Assembly (NCBI GenBank): GCA_973895155.1
Contig: OZ316891.1
Coordinates: forward strand, 21,278,169 to 21,342,168
Direction of reading: 5' to 3'
Length of the DNA stretch: 64,000 bases
Source of the DNA: Marsupella aquatica
Lineage: Eukaryota > Plantae > Marchantiophyta
Shown: positions 24,596 through 36,938 of the stretch, one piece after another
Numbering within the stretch: position 1 is the first letter of the stretch
Layout of the letters: each line of letters starts with the position of its first letter
The notes under the pieces: generated by a model
Told to the model about the DNA's origin: nothing
The model's input: only the letters and a program-made list of their open reading frames with translations
The model's database searches: none
Translations under genes and position numbers: made by a program

Positions 24596-26519
24596 TGTAG
24601 TTGAAGTTTTTGTCTGCAGGAGGTAGTGCAGCCAGTTACAACCATTTTGCCATCAAATGTGGAACAGAAGGAAATTACGTCAAGAAGATACTCAAAAGAC
24701 TACAAACTTGTTGCCCTCATGCGCCACCTTCCGAAGAGATTTAGATACCTATATCATCCAAAGTGAGCTCGATCATGATCTCAGTAGCCGTGGATATACA
24801 CCACCAATTGTAAGGTCATTGCCTGAAAGCGTAAAAAAACACAACAGAAACACTCGACCTTCAGTACTTCAACTCTGTACAAAGTCCGCTAGCATAATTT
24901 ATGGAAATCGGATAAACCGTAACAATCTGGGATAATAAATCCTTCGATCACATCTTTCAAAGGGCAAACTAGTCTCTGACAATTCCAGATGGAAGTCAAC
25001 ACACTGCCAAACTCTCTTGCAATAAGTCTAAACCTTAACACTATAAGCTGAACGCGAGCCTAGATTCCTCAACAAAACAGAAATAGAAAGAGCTTCCCTT
25101 TCTGCCTATATCATCGTTCAGAAAATCAAAACCAAAGCATAACAAATTTTTACAACGCGATTTTAAAAGCTGAAAATTGAGCTGCTGAAGTCATTTTTAT
25201 GCTCATTCCTCTCCCACACGAGGGGATAGGAGGAGTCTGCCTTTTAGTAGTGAGTGAAGAAGCAAACTGGGTGATGTGGCGGGGGGTGGGGGGAGAGAGC
25301 AAGCAGGTAGGAGTCCGTGACGAAGGGGAAAACGGACCACAGGATTCCGATCCTCGTGGAATGCAACTCTCCAATTTCGACAAGAGCAGAGTAGGAAATG
25401 AGGAGAAAGAGCCACTGGTCTGATCACCCAAACTAAGATAACCTTGCGGCGCAGCAGAATTGGAACAGCCGCCACAACACCGCAAGGCAATGTCCTCTTC
25501 TCTCCTTTTCTCTCTTCTTGTTAAGCAACAGCACAACAACAACACCGACATGCACATGCGTTCTGCTCAACAGCAACTCCCCAGAAGAACGAGAGAAACC
25601 AAAAAGCAGCAAACCGAACTTCACCCCTTAATGAATTTCCAGATGACACAGAAAGAGAATCGTCCCAGAGATGCAAAAGCCCCATTAACTCTCCAATCCA
25701 TGGATGACCCACCCAATCAACGAAAGTCCATCCGCAAATTCTGCTGTCTTCCTTTCCTTTCCTCTCCTTCCTTTGCTTTCCTTGCTTGAATGGGATTGGA
25801 TTGCATTAAACTGAATTGAATTGCCTTGAATTGAATTGAAGCGCAGTAAAGTCAATTGAATCCAATCCTCTGGTGGTCGCGTGATCAGGTTCCTTCCACA
25901 CGTACCTTGCTGTCGGAGTAGCCTCATCGTGGAGTCAGCATAGGCAAGAACCAAATCAAGAAGGATGGACGGATGGGCGGATGGATGAACTCGGATGCCC
26001 AGCCTTGCGGTGCCTTCTAATTACTCTCTCGACGCAAAGCCCACCTTGACTTCCATCGTGCTCCTTGGGTGCTTTGCTTTTGCTCCCTGCCAGACTTGAC
26101 TGATTGCCTCCGGAATGAAATGGAATGGGATGCCCAGGCAGGAAATGGGTGCACCAAATTGAGATACCGTAGATCGAAAGCGTACTTGACAGGCAGAGAA
26201 GTCACTCTCGATTTTCGCACGAAACCTGGTACTCTACCAGAGCTGTGCCTGGCCCTGATTGTTTTTATTTGTTCTGGTCTTCAAAGGAAACGAGTAAAAA
26301 CACTTACACTCTCCCCACCCACCCCACCCCAATAGTGACCTACATTTATTGGAGGGAACCCATTTCAGTTGAGCCCCCAATGATCCGGCAAGGACCCGCA
26401 CAAGGAGGAAGAGAGTATTCAATCAGGGTCACAAATTAAAGTGGACAACCAGGGGCCGAGGAGATAATCAAAACTCCATCCAATACCCACAAAACCCACC
26501 CACACACAAATACCCTCCA

Positions 26520-26580
26520 CACTCCCGTGAGTGGAGGGGGGATTGAACCTGGGACCTTCAGTTCCAAGCTAATTCCCTTG
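26520..26580 (-). mobile_element. Possible tRNA-related SINE remnant
   Basis: Minus-strand B-box-like ggtcccaggttcaatcccc. Confidence 0.3.
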
Positions 26581-28216
26581 ATTGTTTTTGTTTATTCTTT
26601 TCAATAAGAGGTACCGCAATGCCACTAAAGTTGTGGGATATTAAGATATTGTCACTGTTGTTTATTAGGGGGTCTCAAACCTCAAAACCTGATTGCTCTT
26701 AACTTTAGTAGTTAACATTTGGGACAGACAAAGTTATGGAATACCAAATTCATAGGCCATAACTTTTTGCCATAAAGATTAAAGTTGGTCATATGCCTTG
26801 ACCACAAGTCATTGCAGAGGGTAGTGAAAAACAATTTATGCAAAACCCTGTTCAACAGCTACAGTAGAGCCATATGTATATGGCCAAAAGCCATCATTAA
26901 CAATTTTGAAGCTTTGAGACTACCTAAATGCATTTGTTATAGTGCGACCATTTGGTCCTTGGTTATTTGGGGGTTAACTTAATTGACCTCTGCAAGTCCT
27001 GTTCTCATTGCCTAAAATTTCTGTCTGGATGATTTTCCCCATCATTGCTGTTGGAATTGCTCTACAGCATTCTAAGGACAGATAGTGCTGACAGAGGAGA
27101 CCACATGCTGAGATGTGTCTTGTACAGGATGGAGTCTGACCCATGGCTAACCTTTGTCTTTTTGTTCTCCACTATTGAAGCCTGGCAGTATAAGAAATAC
27201 AATAAAAACCATGGCAGTATTATAATTACACACATTTTCTGTGACAGTACACTTGGAAGTGTTTTGAATACGTGGGTGCCCTGCCCTTGATTGTTTTAGT
27301 TTTAAATAACTGAGCTTTGTTAAACTAGAGTTTTCCATAAATGTTTCAAAACAGGGCAAGTAGCATTTTGATGAATTTGTAGCTGCAATTGCTTTCACTG
27401 GCAGTTTTACTCAAAGCCAAAAGATAAGGCCAAACAGCTGAGCGGTGTTCCCAATGTGTATATTTCTAAGTCACTCAGTAATAGGAAAACTCAAGTGGAC
27501 TTGTAGCAGTTGAATCTGCCTCACCCGCTCTAATTAGGGTAGCTCATGTGCTCCTCTCTCACTGGCATTCTTGTTGCGCCCCTCACCCTGCTCATTGACA
27601 TGAACATCTATTTTTACCATTTTTTGTGGGATACTACTTACAGCTTGCCACCCAACTTTTTGAATAATTACTACAGTGCCACTTTTTTTCATCACTGGTT
27701 AAATAATTTTACCTTGATTAGCCAAAGCGATCTATACTTTGTTTGGAGTTGGATTTTGGAAGATTACGATACTTTAGATTCTAGTCGAACTAGCAAACAC
27801 AAAATTAATAATGGATACCATGCTTAACAAAAAGGATGTTAAGTTAAAATCAAGAAGATTATAAGTTAAGGCAATATTGGGTCACACGTGTGTTGTTTGA
27901 TGTTATTTGTAACATTCAAATTGAGAACGTTACAAGTTAAGACATTAGGAGACACACATCTAGAAGGATATATAGATATACTAACTTTGTTCATAAAATT
28001 TCAGCCCAATGGGGGTTTGCAACCTCAAACATGACATTCTGTAAAGCGTTATGATGGCATGAACACAAGAGTAACCTTGCTAGCTTATACCTGCAAAGAG
28101 CAACAGTGGTTCAATGTGATGGGCAGTGCCAATGGGAGCAAGAGAGAGTGAACGAGTAACTCTTTTATGATGCTTGTCAGTGGACTTATTCTTGTATGAA
28201 TGTATCATCCCCTCAG

Positions 28217-28441
28217 GTGAATATGTGGATATGGTCAAGGCTGATATCATTGATCCAATGAACGTGATTAGGATGCTGCAAGGAAATGTCGTTCCTTGGC
28301 AATCATGGGTAAACCAATGCAGAAATAGATTTTATGTATGTTGGGTTTCTGACTTGACCTCTTCTCTTGTTGCAGTGTTTCCTCGTTATTGGGAACTGCA
28401 GTATTGGTGGTATATGGGGCATGGATGCTATAGATTATTGA
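28217..28441 (+). pseudogene. CPN60: Chaperonin-60 (HSP60) C-terminal gene fragment
   Basis: cag|GEYVDMVKADIIDPMNVIR, an intron-like gap, ttgcag|(S)VSSLLGT and a degenerate GGM-type tail GIWGMDAIDY*. Rest of the gene absent. Confidence 0.75.
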
Positions 28442-29269
28442 GGAGCTCTTGCTGACATTTTTCACTGACTTTGAGTTTACATTTGGTGTCCAGAATATTT
28501 ACATGGCCATGTGTGTTTGAACTTGAATGATCTCAGTGGTTTCTCAATTCCTTGCACTGCCAAGGAATTGCTCATATGTGGTATGAACGAGCTTATAGAT
28601 TTTTTGAGCAACCTGGATGTGCCATTCACAATTATGTCGGTATTGTATTCTAAGAACATTGAATTTTTATTTATTTTTGCCTTGAAAAAAACCAAATGAA
28701 TTCCATTCATAAAGTCAGCATACAGAAAGTGGGGGAGCTCAAAAAGGCTTGACATTTGATTCAAAGCCGACATTGTATTCAACATGCCGGCTTTGAATCA
28801 GATGTGTGTGTAGGGACAGTCTTGTAATATTTCCCGCTCACAAGGATTTTCATGTTGAGAATAAGAATTGAACATTTACTTGTAGAATTTGGATGTATTT
28901 TTGAGTGACCCCTTTTGAAGCAAGAATAAATTAGCTTTGGGTGACTTGGTACTTGTGCCTCAATGCTTATTCCTTTAGAAAGTGTCTTCTACTCAGTGCT
29001 TATTCATTTAGAAAGTGTTGGCCTCACTCCTACCCCCACATGCCATTTTTCTAGTAGACAATTCTAAACTGTTGTGAATCTCAGTCAAAAAAGTGGTGGG
29101 TCTCTCATGTTTGTTTCTCACAACTCTTGGATTTCATCACACTCTTAAGAATAGATAGTCTAGGTATCTATAGTGTATGTTTGAAGAATCAATTTAATAA
29201 AACTTGAATATAAAGATAAAACAACATAAATCTAACAACTAAAGGGCAAAATTGAAATAAAATATAGAT

Positions 29270-29410
29270 CTAAAGGGGGGTTTCAAACAAGAAGATTAAT
29301 ATGAAGCTAAAGGGGGGGGGGGGGGGGGGGTCTCAAACAAGAAGATTAATATGAAGCTAAAAAGGGGAGGGGGGGGGGGGGGGGGGGGGTTCTCAAACAA
29401 GAAGATTAAA
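29270..29410. repeat. Three-copy repeat with long poly-G runs
   Basis: tcaaacaagaagattaa three times, separated by poly-G tracts. Confidence 0.8.
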
Positions 29411-29509
29411 AACTTTAAGAGGGGGTAAAATAATTCCAAAGTTCAAAAGCACAAACCATACACCTTGTCTAAAATAAATTGAAACAAAAATTCATTTTTA
29501 AAATTATCA

Positions 29510-29905
29510 CATAAAAATCTCAATAAGATATAGTACCCTGTGTGGCTGCCCAACAAGGTAACACCAGAATTGTTCTAAGATGCTCTTTTAGGTGCTTCAT
29601 ACATATTTCTCCCCAACAAGGTAACACCAGAATCGTACTAAGATGCTCATTTACGTGGTTCATACATATCAAAAATCTAAAGAAGACAAAGTAACCTGAG
29701 TGGCAGATGCTCATTTAGGTGGTTCATACATATAAAATATCTCAATAAGACAAAGGAACCTGAGTGGCTCCCCAAGAAGAGAACACCAGAATTAAGTCCA
29801 TTTAGGTGCATCATACATATAAAAAATCTCAATACTACAAAGGAACCTGAGTCGCTCCCCAACAATGGAACACCAGAATTGTACTAAGATGCTTTAGCTG
29901 GTTCA
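29510..29905. repeat. Degenerate tandem repeat
   Basis: Recurrent aacaccagaat..gtactaagatgct..aggtg.ttcatacatat..aaatctcaata. Confidence 0.75.
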
Positions 29906-30824
29906 TTTGGGGTAATCAGATGTCTAGCTTGACCCCAATTTGCGGAATTTGCAACTTTATTCTCAACCAACTTACAACTAGACTCCATTCTTCGCTGTAC
30001 TATCCGGTAGGGAGTTACTGTAAGAAGATAAGGGAGGACTGGTATTCGAAATTCTCTACTCTAGCCTTTCGACGTAAGGTCGTCAATGAGTACTTTATTT
30101 TCTGAACTACTTGTGTTGTTGTGCAGAGAGATTCCTCTGAAAATCTCAGCTTCCAATGCATACTGTATGTACTGTGTACCTTTCCAAATATAATTTCAGC
30201 TTATTTCATACATGCAGCTCCATCCTACTCCGAACTTTGTTAACTTTGAATAGGAAGTAATTTGTCGGTGACCCGCACAGCACACTCCAATTGTGAAGCA
30301 AAACGCTGCTGGAAATACACCAGAAATCGCACATTGCCGCACTTCACAAATAACCTTTCGAAGATGCTTCGCTCATGAATCGCACATTTTGCATACCTGA
30401 AAAACGAAAACATTGCGAAATTGAACTCTTTGGAAAACCTTCGAATGTCGACGATCCAGCAGCGCAAATGTTGCGATCACAACCGTGTGGCAAACTATCA
30501 GCAATACTAACTGTACAGAATGAAGGAGCAAGACTTGAAGTAAAGGAACTCACGGGAAAGATTACAAGACACATACGGTGACGACTACTGCCCAAATAAT
30601 CCAATCGTTTGAGTACAAAAGGGGTACAATCAAACGATTGCGCACAACTTAAACTCAACAATTTCGTCGTAGCTCTGTTTTGGAAATACAGGTGGCCATC
30701 ACACGTTACCTGGAATTCGGCAACCGTTTCTCAGACCATTTTGAGCTTGGTCTTTTAGCTACCGCCTCTGATCCGGAGAACGTCTCCTTCCACCACCCAA
30801 AACAAATCATTTGTGGCGTCTTCC

Positions 30825-30983
30825 TCATACGAGAAGGAGGCAGCAGCAAAGGAAGAGAAAGTAGAAGACGAACAGGAAGAGGCCGATCTCCACGTTACAA
30901 CCCCGACCCTGAGGATGGCGATCGCCTATTTGCTTGCGAGCTACTTCAGCTAGGTAACTCTCTTCCGTGGTTGCTGCTTGCAT
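30825..30983 (-). CDS. Candidate 52-aa microprotein with C-terminal hydrophobic Cys-rich segment
   Basis: MQAATTEESYLAEVARKQIGDRHPQGRGCNVEIGLFLFVFYFLFLCCCLLLV*. Below the ORF-track cutoff, no recognised homology. Confidence 0.3.
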   Translation of the reverse strand: MQAATTEESYLAEVARKQIGDRHPQGRGCNVEIGLFLFVFYFLFLCCCLLLV

Positions 30984-31556
30984 AACGATGAATGTGCCCG
31001 CCCCTCCCGCGATTATTCAATTGAAGTCGAGTTTCTTCAGCTGCCCTCCATGATACTGTCTAGCTATAAATTTGCTTTTCAATTATAATAAAACTCTACA
31101 ACTGGGTTAGTATTATAGTACAAGTACTGTAGGTGCCACCATCTCAGGTTTCTGAGACAGATAACCGCTTTTTGTGAGGAGCTTGAAACAACTGGGTTGA
31201 TATTATTGTACAAAGGTGGAGCTTGAAACGACTCTACTCTCTAATCTCGATCAATCTATGTTTTACAAAATATGATAATGCATCATATTCAGGAATAACT
31301 GCAAGTGTGAGGAGTGACTCTACCTAATCTTGATCAATCTCTATTTTTCTTATCAAAATATGATACTGTATCATATTCAAGAACAACTTTATGTGATTAC
31401 CCCTTGCAAATTCAAAGAGACAACCCCATAGAAAGTTGTTCCTGTTACACTGTATATCATATAATGTTACACATAGATTGATCAAGATTAATGTAGATCT
31501 CCTCATCAATAGAAAAGCACATCGTGAATTCGACATATGTGTAGAGCTGATCAGGG

Positions 31557-33084
31557 TTAAATATCATCCCCGTCGTCTGCAGAGCTTGCAGTGTCTTCTT
31601 CATCACTACCACTGTCACTACTGCTACTGCCGCTTCCACTTTCAGAGCTCCCACTCCCACTGCTGCTGGAGCTCGAGCTCACCTTCGCTTCTGAAAGTCC
31701 TGCAGCTGCTTGTGCTCTCAAGGTTGCAGCGGTCTGATCTACACCCGTCTTGTCTGCATCCTCATCCTCACTGATATCCACCTCCTCATAATCACTTACC
31801 TCCTCCTCAATTTCCTCTACTACTTCCTCCACTTCAACCTGCTCCTCCTCCACTTCAAGCTTCTTTGATGGAGATGCCTCCTCTATCTCGTCATCTATCT
31901 CGATATTGACAGGGGAAGGCTCCCTCTCCCTCTTTCGTTCCGCAGGAGATGCAGGAGGTATTGGGGGTGAAGCCTTCTTGCCTTTTGGGCCTTTAGGCCC
32001 TGTGGGGGTCTTCTTATTGCCTTTCTTTTTACCTGCTCCATCAATAAATAGCACCGTTTTAATCCTCAACCGTCAGAGTGACATATCCAGCTGAAGAGAA
32101 GAGAAGAGAAGAGAAGAGAAGAGAAGAGAAGAGAAGAGAAGAGAAGAGAAGAGAAGAGAAGAGAAGAGAAGAGAAGAGAAGAGAAGAGAAGAGAAGTACC
32201 TGGTGGATCAGGCTTGGTTACCACTGGTGCCACCTCGGCCTCTATTTTTTCACTTCGTACCGCCTGTACAAAAGCCAAATTCAGCAACCCTCCTCAGGAC
32301 AACGTCCAAGGAAAACAAAGGTAATCCAAGAAAGAATCTCGTCAGCGCTGAACTAAATAGAAGTCACCATGGAAGGTTCCCCATGGTACAAAGGCAAGAA
32401 GAACGACTGCTTACTGGGCCAGCAGGTTTCTTAACAGACTTTTCGGCAGCTTGCACAGATGAGATCCTCTCAACCTGGATGCCATTGCCATCTTGAGGGG
32501 ACTCAGGTTCCGCTGCTGATGTTCCTTTCTGAGCGGCACTTGCTGCTGCAGCTGAAGACTCCCCTGGCATCCTGATATGCCGGAGGCTCTTCACAGCCCG
32601 GTGCATGCGCTCCAGCCGAAAAGACTGTCCATCAAAGAGCAACACTGCATCCAATTCCTGATAATCGCCAACATTGCCCTCAAATGCCACTTTAGGTTTC
32701 CCGGCCTGGTTATTAAAATACTCCACCGTTGATTTGTTGTCACTGCTGCTGTGTAGAGACCCTGGCCTGCTAGTGTCGATTGATGCTGGTTTGAACTCAT
32801 CTGCACCATCGACAACAGGCCAAAGTTTTTTCTCAGTCCCAATTTCCTCAAACTCCAGGACGCAAAATCCATTTGCAACAAACAGATAATACTCCACGCA
32901 GTTCAGTACCGACTTTCACATCATGATATAGTTTCCCAGCACCGACTCCCAACAAAGAAATGAGGCGCAAAGGTCACACATTACATCGCAATGAATAGAA
33001 TCGAGAGGTTGCATCGTCGGAACAGGTCTGTCCCAATTTCAGTGGATACCACTGCTCTTCAACAGGAGGGCCCTGCTTCGTCAT
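31557..33084 (-). CDS. ELL-associated factor (EAF) family Pol II elongation factor
   Basis: Phase-consistent exons 33084-32985, 32800-32415, 32263-32200, 32032-31557. EAF motifs WYPLKLG, FYSLRYEFKPASID, DAVLLFDGQSFRLERMHRAVKSLRH, and an acidic/Ser-rich tail. Confidence 0.9.
32093..32196. repeat. (GAAGA)n microsatellite in an EAF intron
   Basis: About 20 perfect copies. Confidence 0.95.
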
Positions 33085-33118
33085 CCTTCTCTTGCTCCAA
33101 CAACAGCTCGAAGCTCGA

Positions 33119-33120
<2 letters not shown>

Positions 33121-33151
<31 letters not shown>
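33121..33151. repeat. (CT)n microsatellite in the EAF 5' leader
   Basis: Read directly from sequence. Confidence 0.9.
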
Positions 33152-33154
<3 letters not shown>

Positions 33155-36100
33155 ATTGAGTCACTTCCGTTCCTCCTTCTTCACCTACGGTACTCAGTTG
33201 TGTCCTCCTCCTAACAATAACAAAAGGTCGTCTCTCTTCGCTTCCTTCTCTATGCGTGATTGATTGCCTTAATGTTCCCCCATTTTTCTAGGGCCCTGTA
33301 GAGTGCCCGTCCTAATCCCCCCTACGCTCCTGCCCGAGTATACTGGAATATAACCCAAGTCTCTACCATTTTGTCATCCATTTCTACCTGACTAACTTGG
33401 TGTGGTCAACTTTGAGTTTATGGTCTGGCACTATTTGTCATTTGCTTCGGCCTGATCTACTTTGTGCCATTGACTTCTTCCTTGTGGAGTCATGGTTTAT
33501 ATATTTTTTCCAATGGAATCATGCTTGCTTCTTAATAGAGTGAGGCAAAGTCTAGTACTTTGGATGAGAGTTGTGATTAATGATAGAGTATTGGTGTATG
33601 TTTTAGCAACTTGGGCAGGAGCGGGGCTAGTAGGTTTATGTTCTGGCAAACTCGGGCCAGAGTGGACAGCAGCATCAGGGACTGGGACGAACAGTGTGTG
33701 TGTGTGGGGGGGGGGGCGGGGGCAGGAAAATGGGGGAGCATTAACCCAATGTAGATTTAACGTGCGGTAGTACCAGGCTCTACCAGGCTTTCCAGTTCTC
33801 TCTGCCCAGTAGGATGTTAAGTAGTCAGTGTGATCTTTGGGTGGTTATTCCCTTTTAGTTGTGAGGGATCCCTGGGCTTGTTGGGCTTCGTTGGGGGTTT
33901 CCCCTTCCCCTTTACAATTTTTAGGTACTTTGCCACTAAAGATATCATAATTGCCAATACTTCCACAATTGTTTTTGCTTTTCTAGATGACAAGTTCACC
34001 AAGGTAACCACGGGACAATATATGAAAATATATAGTGGCATATTTTCCAATACAAATAAAACAGTGACAGTATTGTAAATTCAAGCATCTCTAGTATTGT
34101 AAATTCAATCATCTTTAGTGGCAATGTACTTAAGAGCTGTGCCCCTTTATCGGGTTGCTTTGCCTTTGGGATCCTATCTTCAGGTTTGTTGTTATTGTTC
34201 TTTTGCACTATATTATATTACTCGTTCCTTGAGCGGAAATAGAGGTTAGGACAAAAAAGTACCTTGAGAAAAAAACAGTCCTGACTATTTGTTTTTCATG
34301 TCTCCCCCTTCTCTGCCTTTTGTCTCCATGGAAATAGAGGTTAGGACAAAACAGTACCTTGAAAACAAAAGAATCCTGTCCATTTCTTTTCCATGTCTCC
34401 CCCCTGTCTGCCTTTTTGCCTCCACGTTCACTTTCACTTGTTTATGCCCTTACTTAGAGTGGTTGTTTCGTGTTCATCTCTCCCCTCTATATTTTTTGTC
34501 TCCACCCTAACTTTCAATTATGCTCTTTGAAGTTACAGTTTAGAGATTTCACTCTAGACAGTAGGCTTTTCAAAGTAGCTTTCCATTGCGGAATATTAGT
34601 AAGACAAACAACATGACGTGAAGGTTCGGTATTGATCTCCTTAATGCCCTTGGTGATTTGATGGAGGTTCAGTATCTCTCTCCTTAATGCCATTTGTGAT
34701 TTTGAGGGCACTCATTCAAGATTTGGATCACCTCTTTATCAAAATTATACTCTACTTATATTAAATTAGAAAAAAGAAAAGTCTCTTAGGCCTTTATGTA
34801 TACAGTAAAGTCCTGTTTAGACTACATTATGGCATACAATACCCCAAAAAACTAGAGCTTCACCTCGAGTTGTGAGGGGTCATTGCCCATTATGCTCTGG
34901 ACACAGGACCTTAGTACACTTAAAAGTCTGAGAGATGTTAAGGTTTTACAACTTGGCAGGCTAGCCAGGTAGCTGGAAATCTCATAACCCCTGGGCCAGC
35001 CAGGCAGGGGGTTTAAGGCTCACAACCCATCCCTGGAAATACAAAGTGAGTACAAATGAGGTTTACATACTCTAAAGAAGGCAGTGCTCAGAAATTACAA
35101 ACTTACCCCTAAACCCGGAATCTGCACCTTTTGCAAACCACTCTCTCAAATTTTGTGTGGTTGCTACCAGTACATTTCATGGACTGTGTCTCCAAGTAGA
35201 TGCAGTGGGTTGGACAGGCAATTATGCTTTTTTGCTTTTGCAAAAATTGAGACTTTGGTTTAAGCAAACTAAGGCCCTGCCCTTGGGAAGCTAAGGTGTG
35301 AGCCACTCTCCCCACAGCCTCTTGCCCTCAGGGGCTTACAATCAGAATCCCCAGTTTCCAGGCCCTGGAAAGCTTTTGGAATGAATTATGAGTCATAAGC
35401 TGGGATAGATGTCCATCCAAACCCTTGAACTTCAGTCAAGGGATGTCAAGATTACATACAAAGAGTATTTTCATCCATATCAGCCTAGTTAAAATACACA
35501 TTTTCATATATCGTTTCTATTTATTTTATAAAAGGGAAAGGCCATGGTCAACCCAATGTATGCCAAGGTCAACTGCTGCAAAGACCAGCGGAGCACATAG
35601 GTAAACAAATCGATGGAGCCAGACCACACGCTAACCGAGAGCTACAGTGCCATGCAAATACACATTTTCATAGATTCTGCAAGATCCAAGAAAAAGGTTT
35701 GGGATAGAAGTTCCGCCCAAGCTTACGGCTCCATGAATTAGTGACAAATAAATATCTAAAATGCTTTGAAGAAAGGCCAAATTCGACAAAAGTGCAAGCC
35801 CCAGGTTCCTGCTTGAAAATCCTACAGTTTATCCTAGTATACATGAATTAATTCCTTTCTTAACTTAGTGACACTAACTCCACACAAACAATTAATTACC
35901 CATTCTAATCACAATGACGGGTGTTGTTGTCTCCTGCCATAATACCAACAAATCTCCTTGGCAAGCTTGGCGCCATCCCAGTTACCGATAGCCAGATAAA
36001 AGCACAGATTTAAACAGAATAATTAAGTTTATCATGGTATCGACTGAACAGGTACACCATATATTGACACATATTGATGTGCAATTTACCTGGAGGCCAG

Positions 36101-36938
36101 ATTGGCCACATTTGGACTGTGATTTAAGAGGTCATATATCTTCTTGTCGGCTTTCAAGGCAAAATCATCAACAACATGATGTGAAGGTCTCGACCCAAGT
36201 GAGTCTCTACGGTGCATGTGACGTGTGAAATGATGTGAAGGTCTCGATTGAAAGTGGGTCTCGATGGGTGCATTTAAAGTGTGAAATGTCAGACAGGGAG
36301 CTCAACGGCATTTCACATTTGGTCCTTCCTCCTGTTTGTTTCAGAGTACAAAAGCTCATTCCAGCAAATCTCTGGGAGACAATTCTCAGCCTCACAGATA
36401 TATTGGTATGCATTCGTAGCTCCAAGCCTTTCTGGCTACAGCTTGCAGATCATACTGAGTTCATCAGCAACATTGCCCTCGAGAGGATGCAAGTACCAGA
36501 AATCGAAAGACGTGTCTTCTATTCAACACACATACCCTAGGGGAGAGTACAAATTACGTAAGAGGAAACGAGGACGAGAAAAACAAAAACAACTGTGGAA
36601 GCCATCAATCACAAGAGCAGGAACCTTTTATTAAATTGCTATAATGATGAATGTAACCTAACTAAGATAAATGTTGCCAAAGCAAAACATTAATTTGCAA
36701 AGAACTGCAAATCACTAGCTATGGCAATTGTGTGTCCTAATCAAATCTCAATACAATCTAGCTGACGCCGTTGCTTTTGATAATCTCTTTCTACAATCTA
36801 ACATTACTACAAGGTCTTTGACCTTACGTACGAAATCTTTGTCGTATACCATGTAATGCAAGAATTATGATTTATCTATACAATATGGAATCCATTCTCA
36901 GCAAGGAACATCTGTACTTCTAGGCTGACAATGAGAAA

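Noticed and set aside
32066-32356. SSLLF/EEKRR repeat proteins
   Set aside because: Artefacts of an intronic (GAAGA)n repeat. Only 32263-32200 is exonic.
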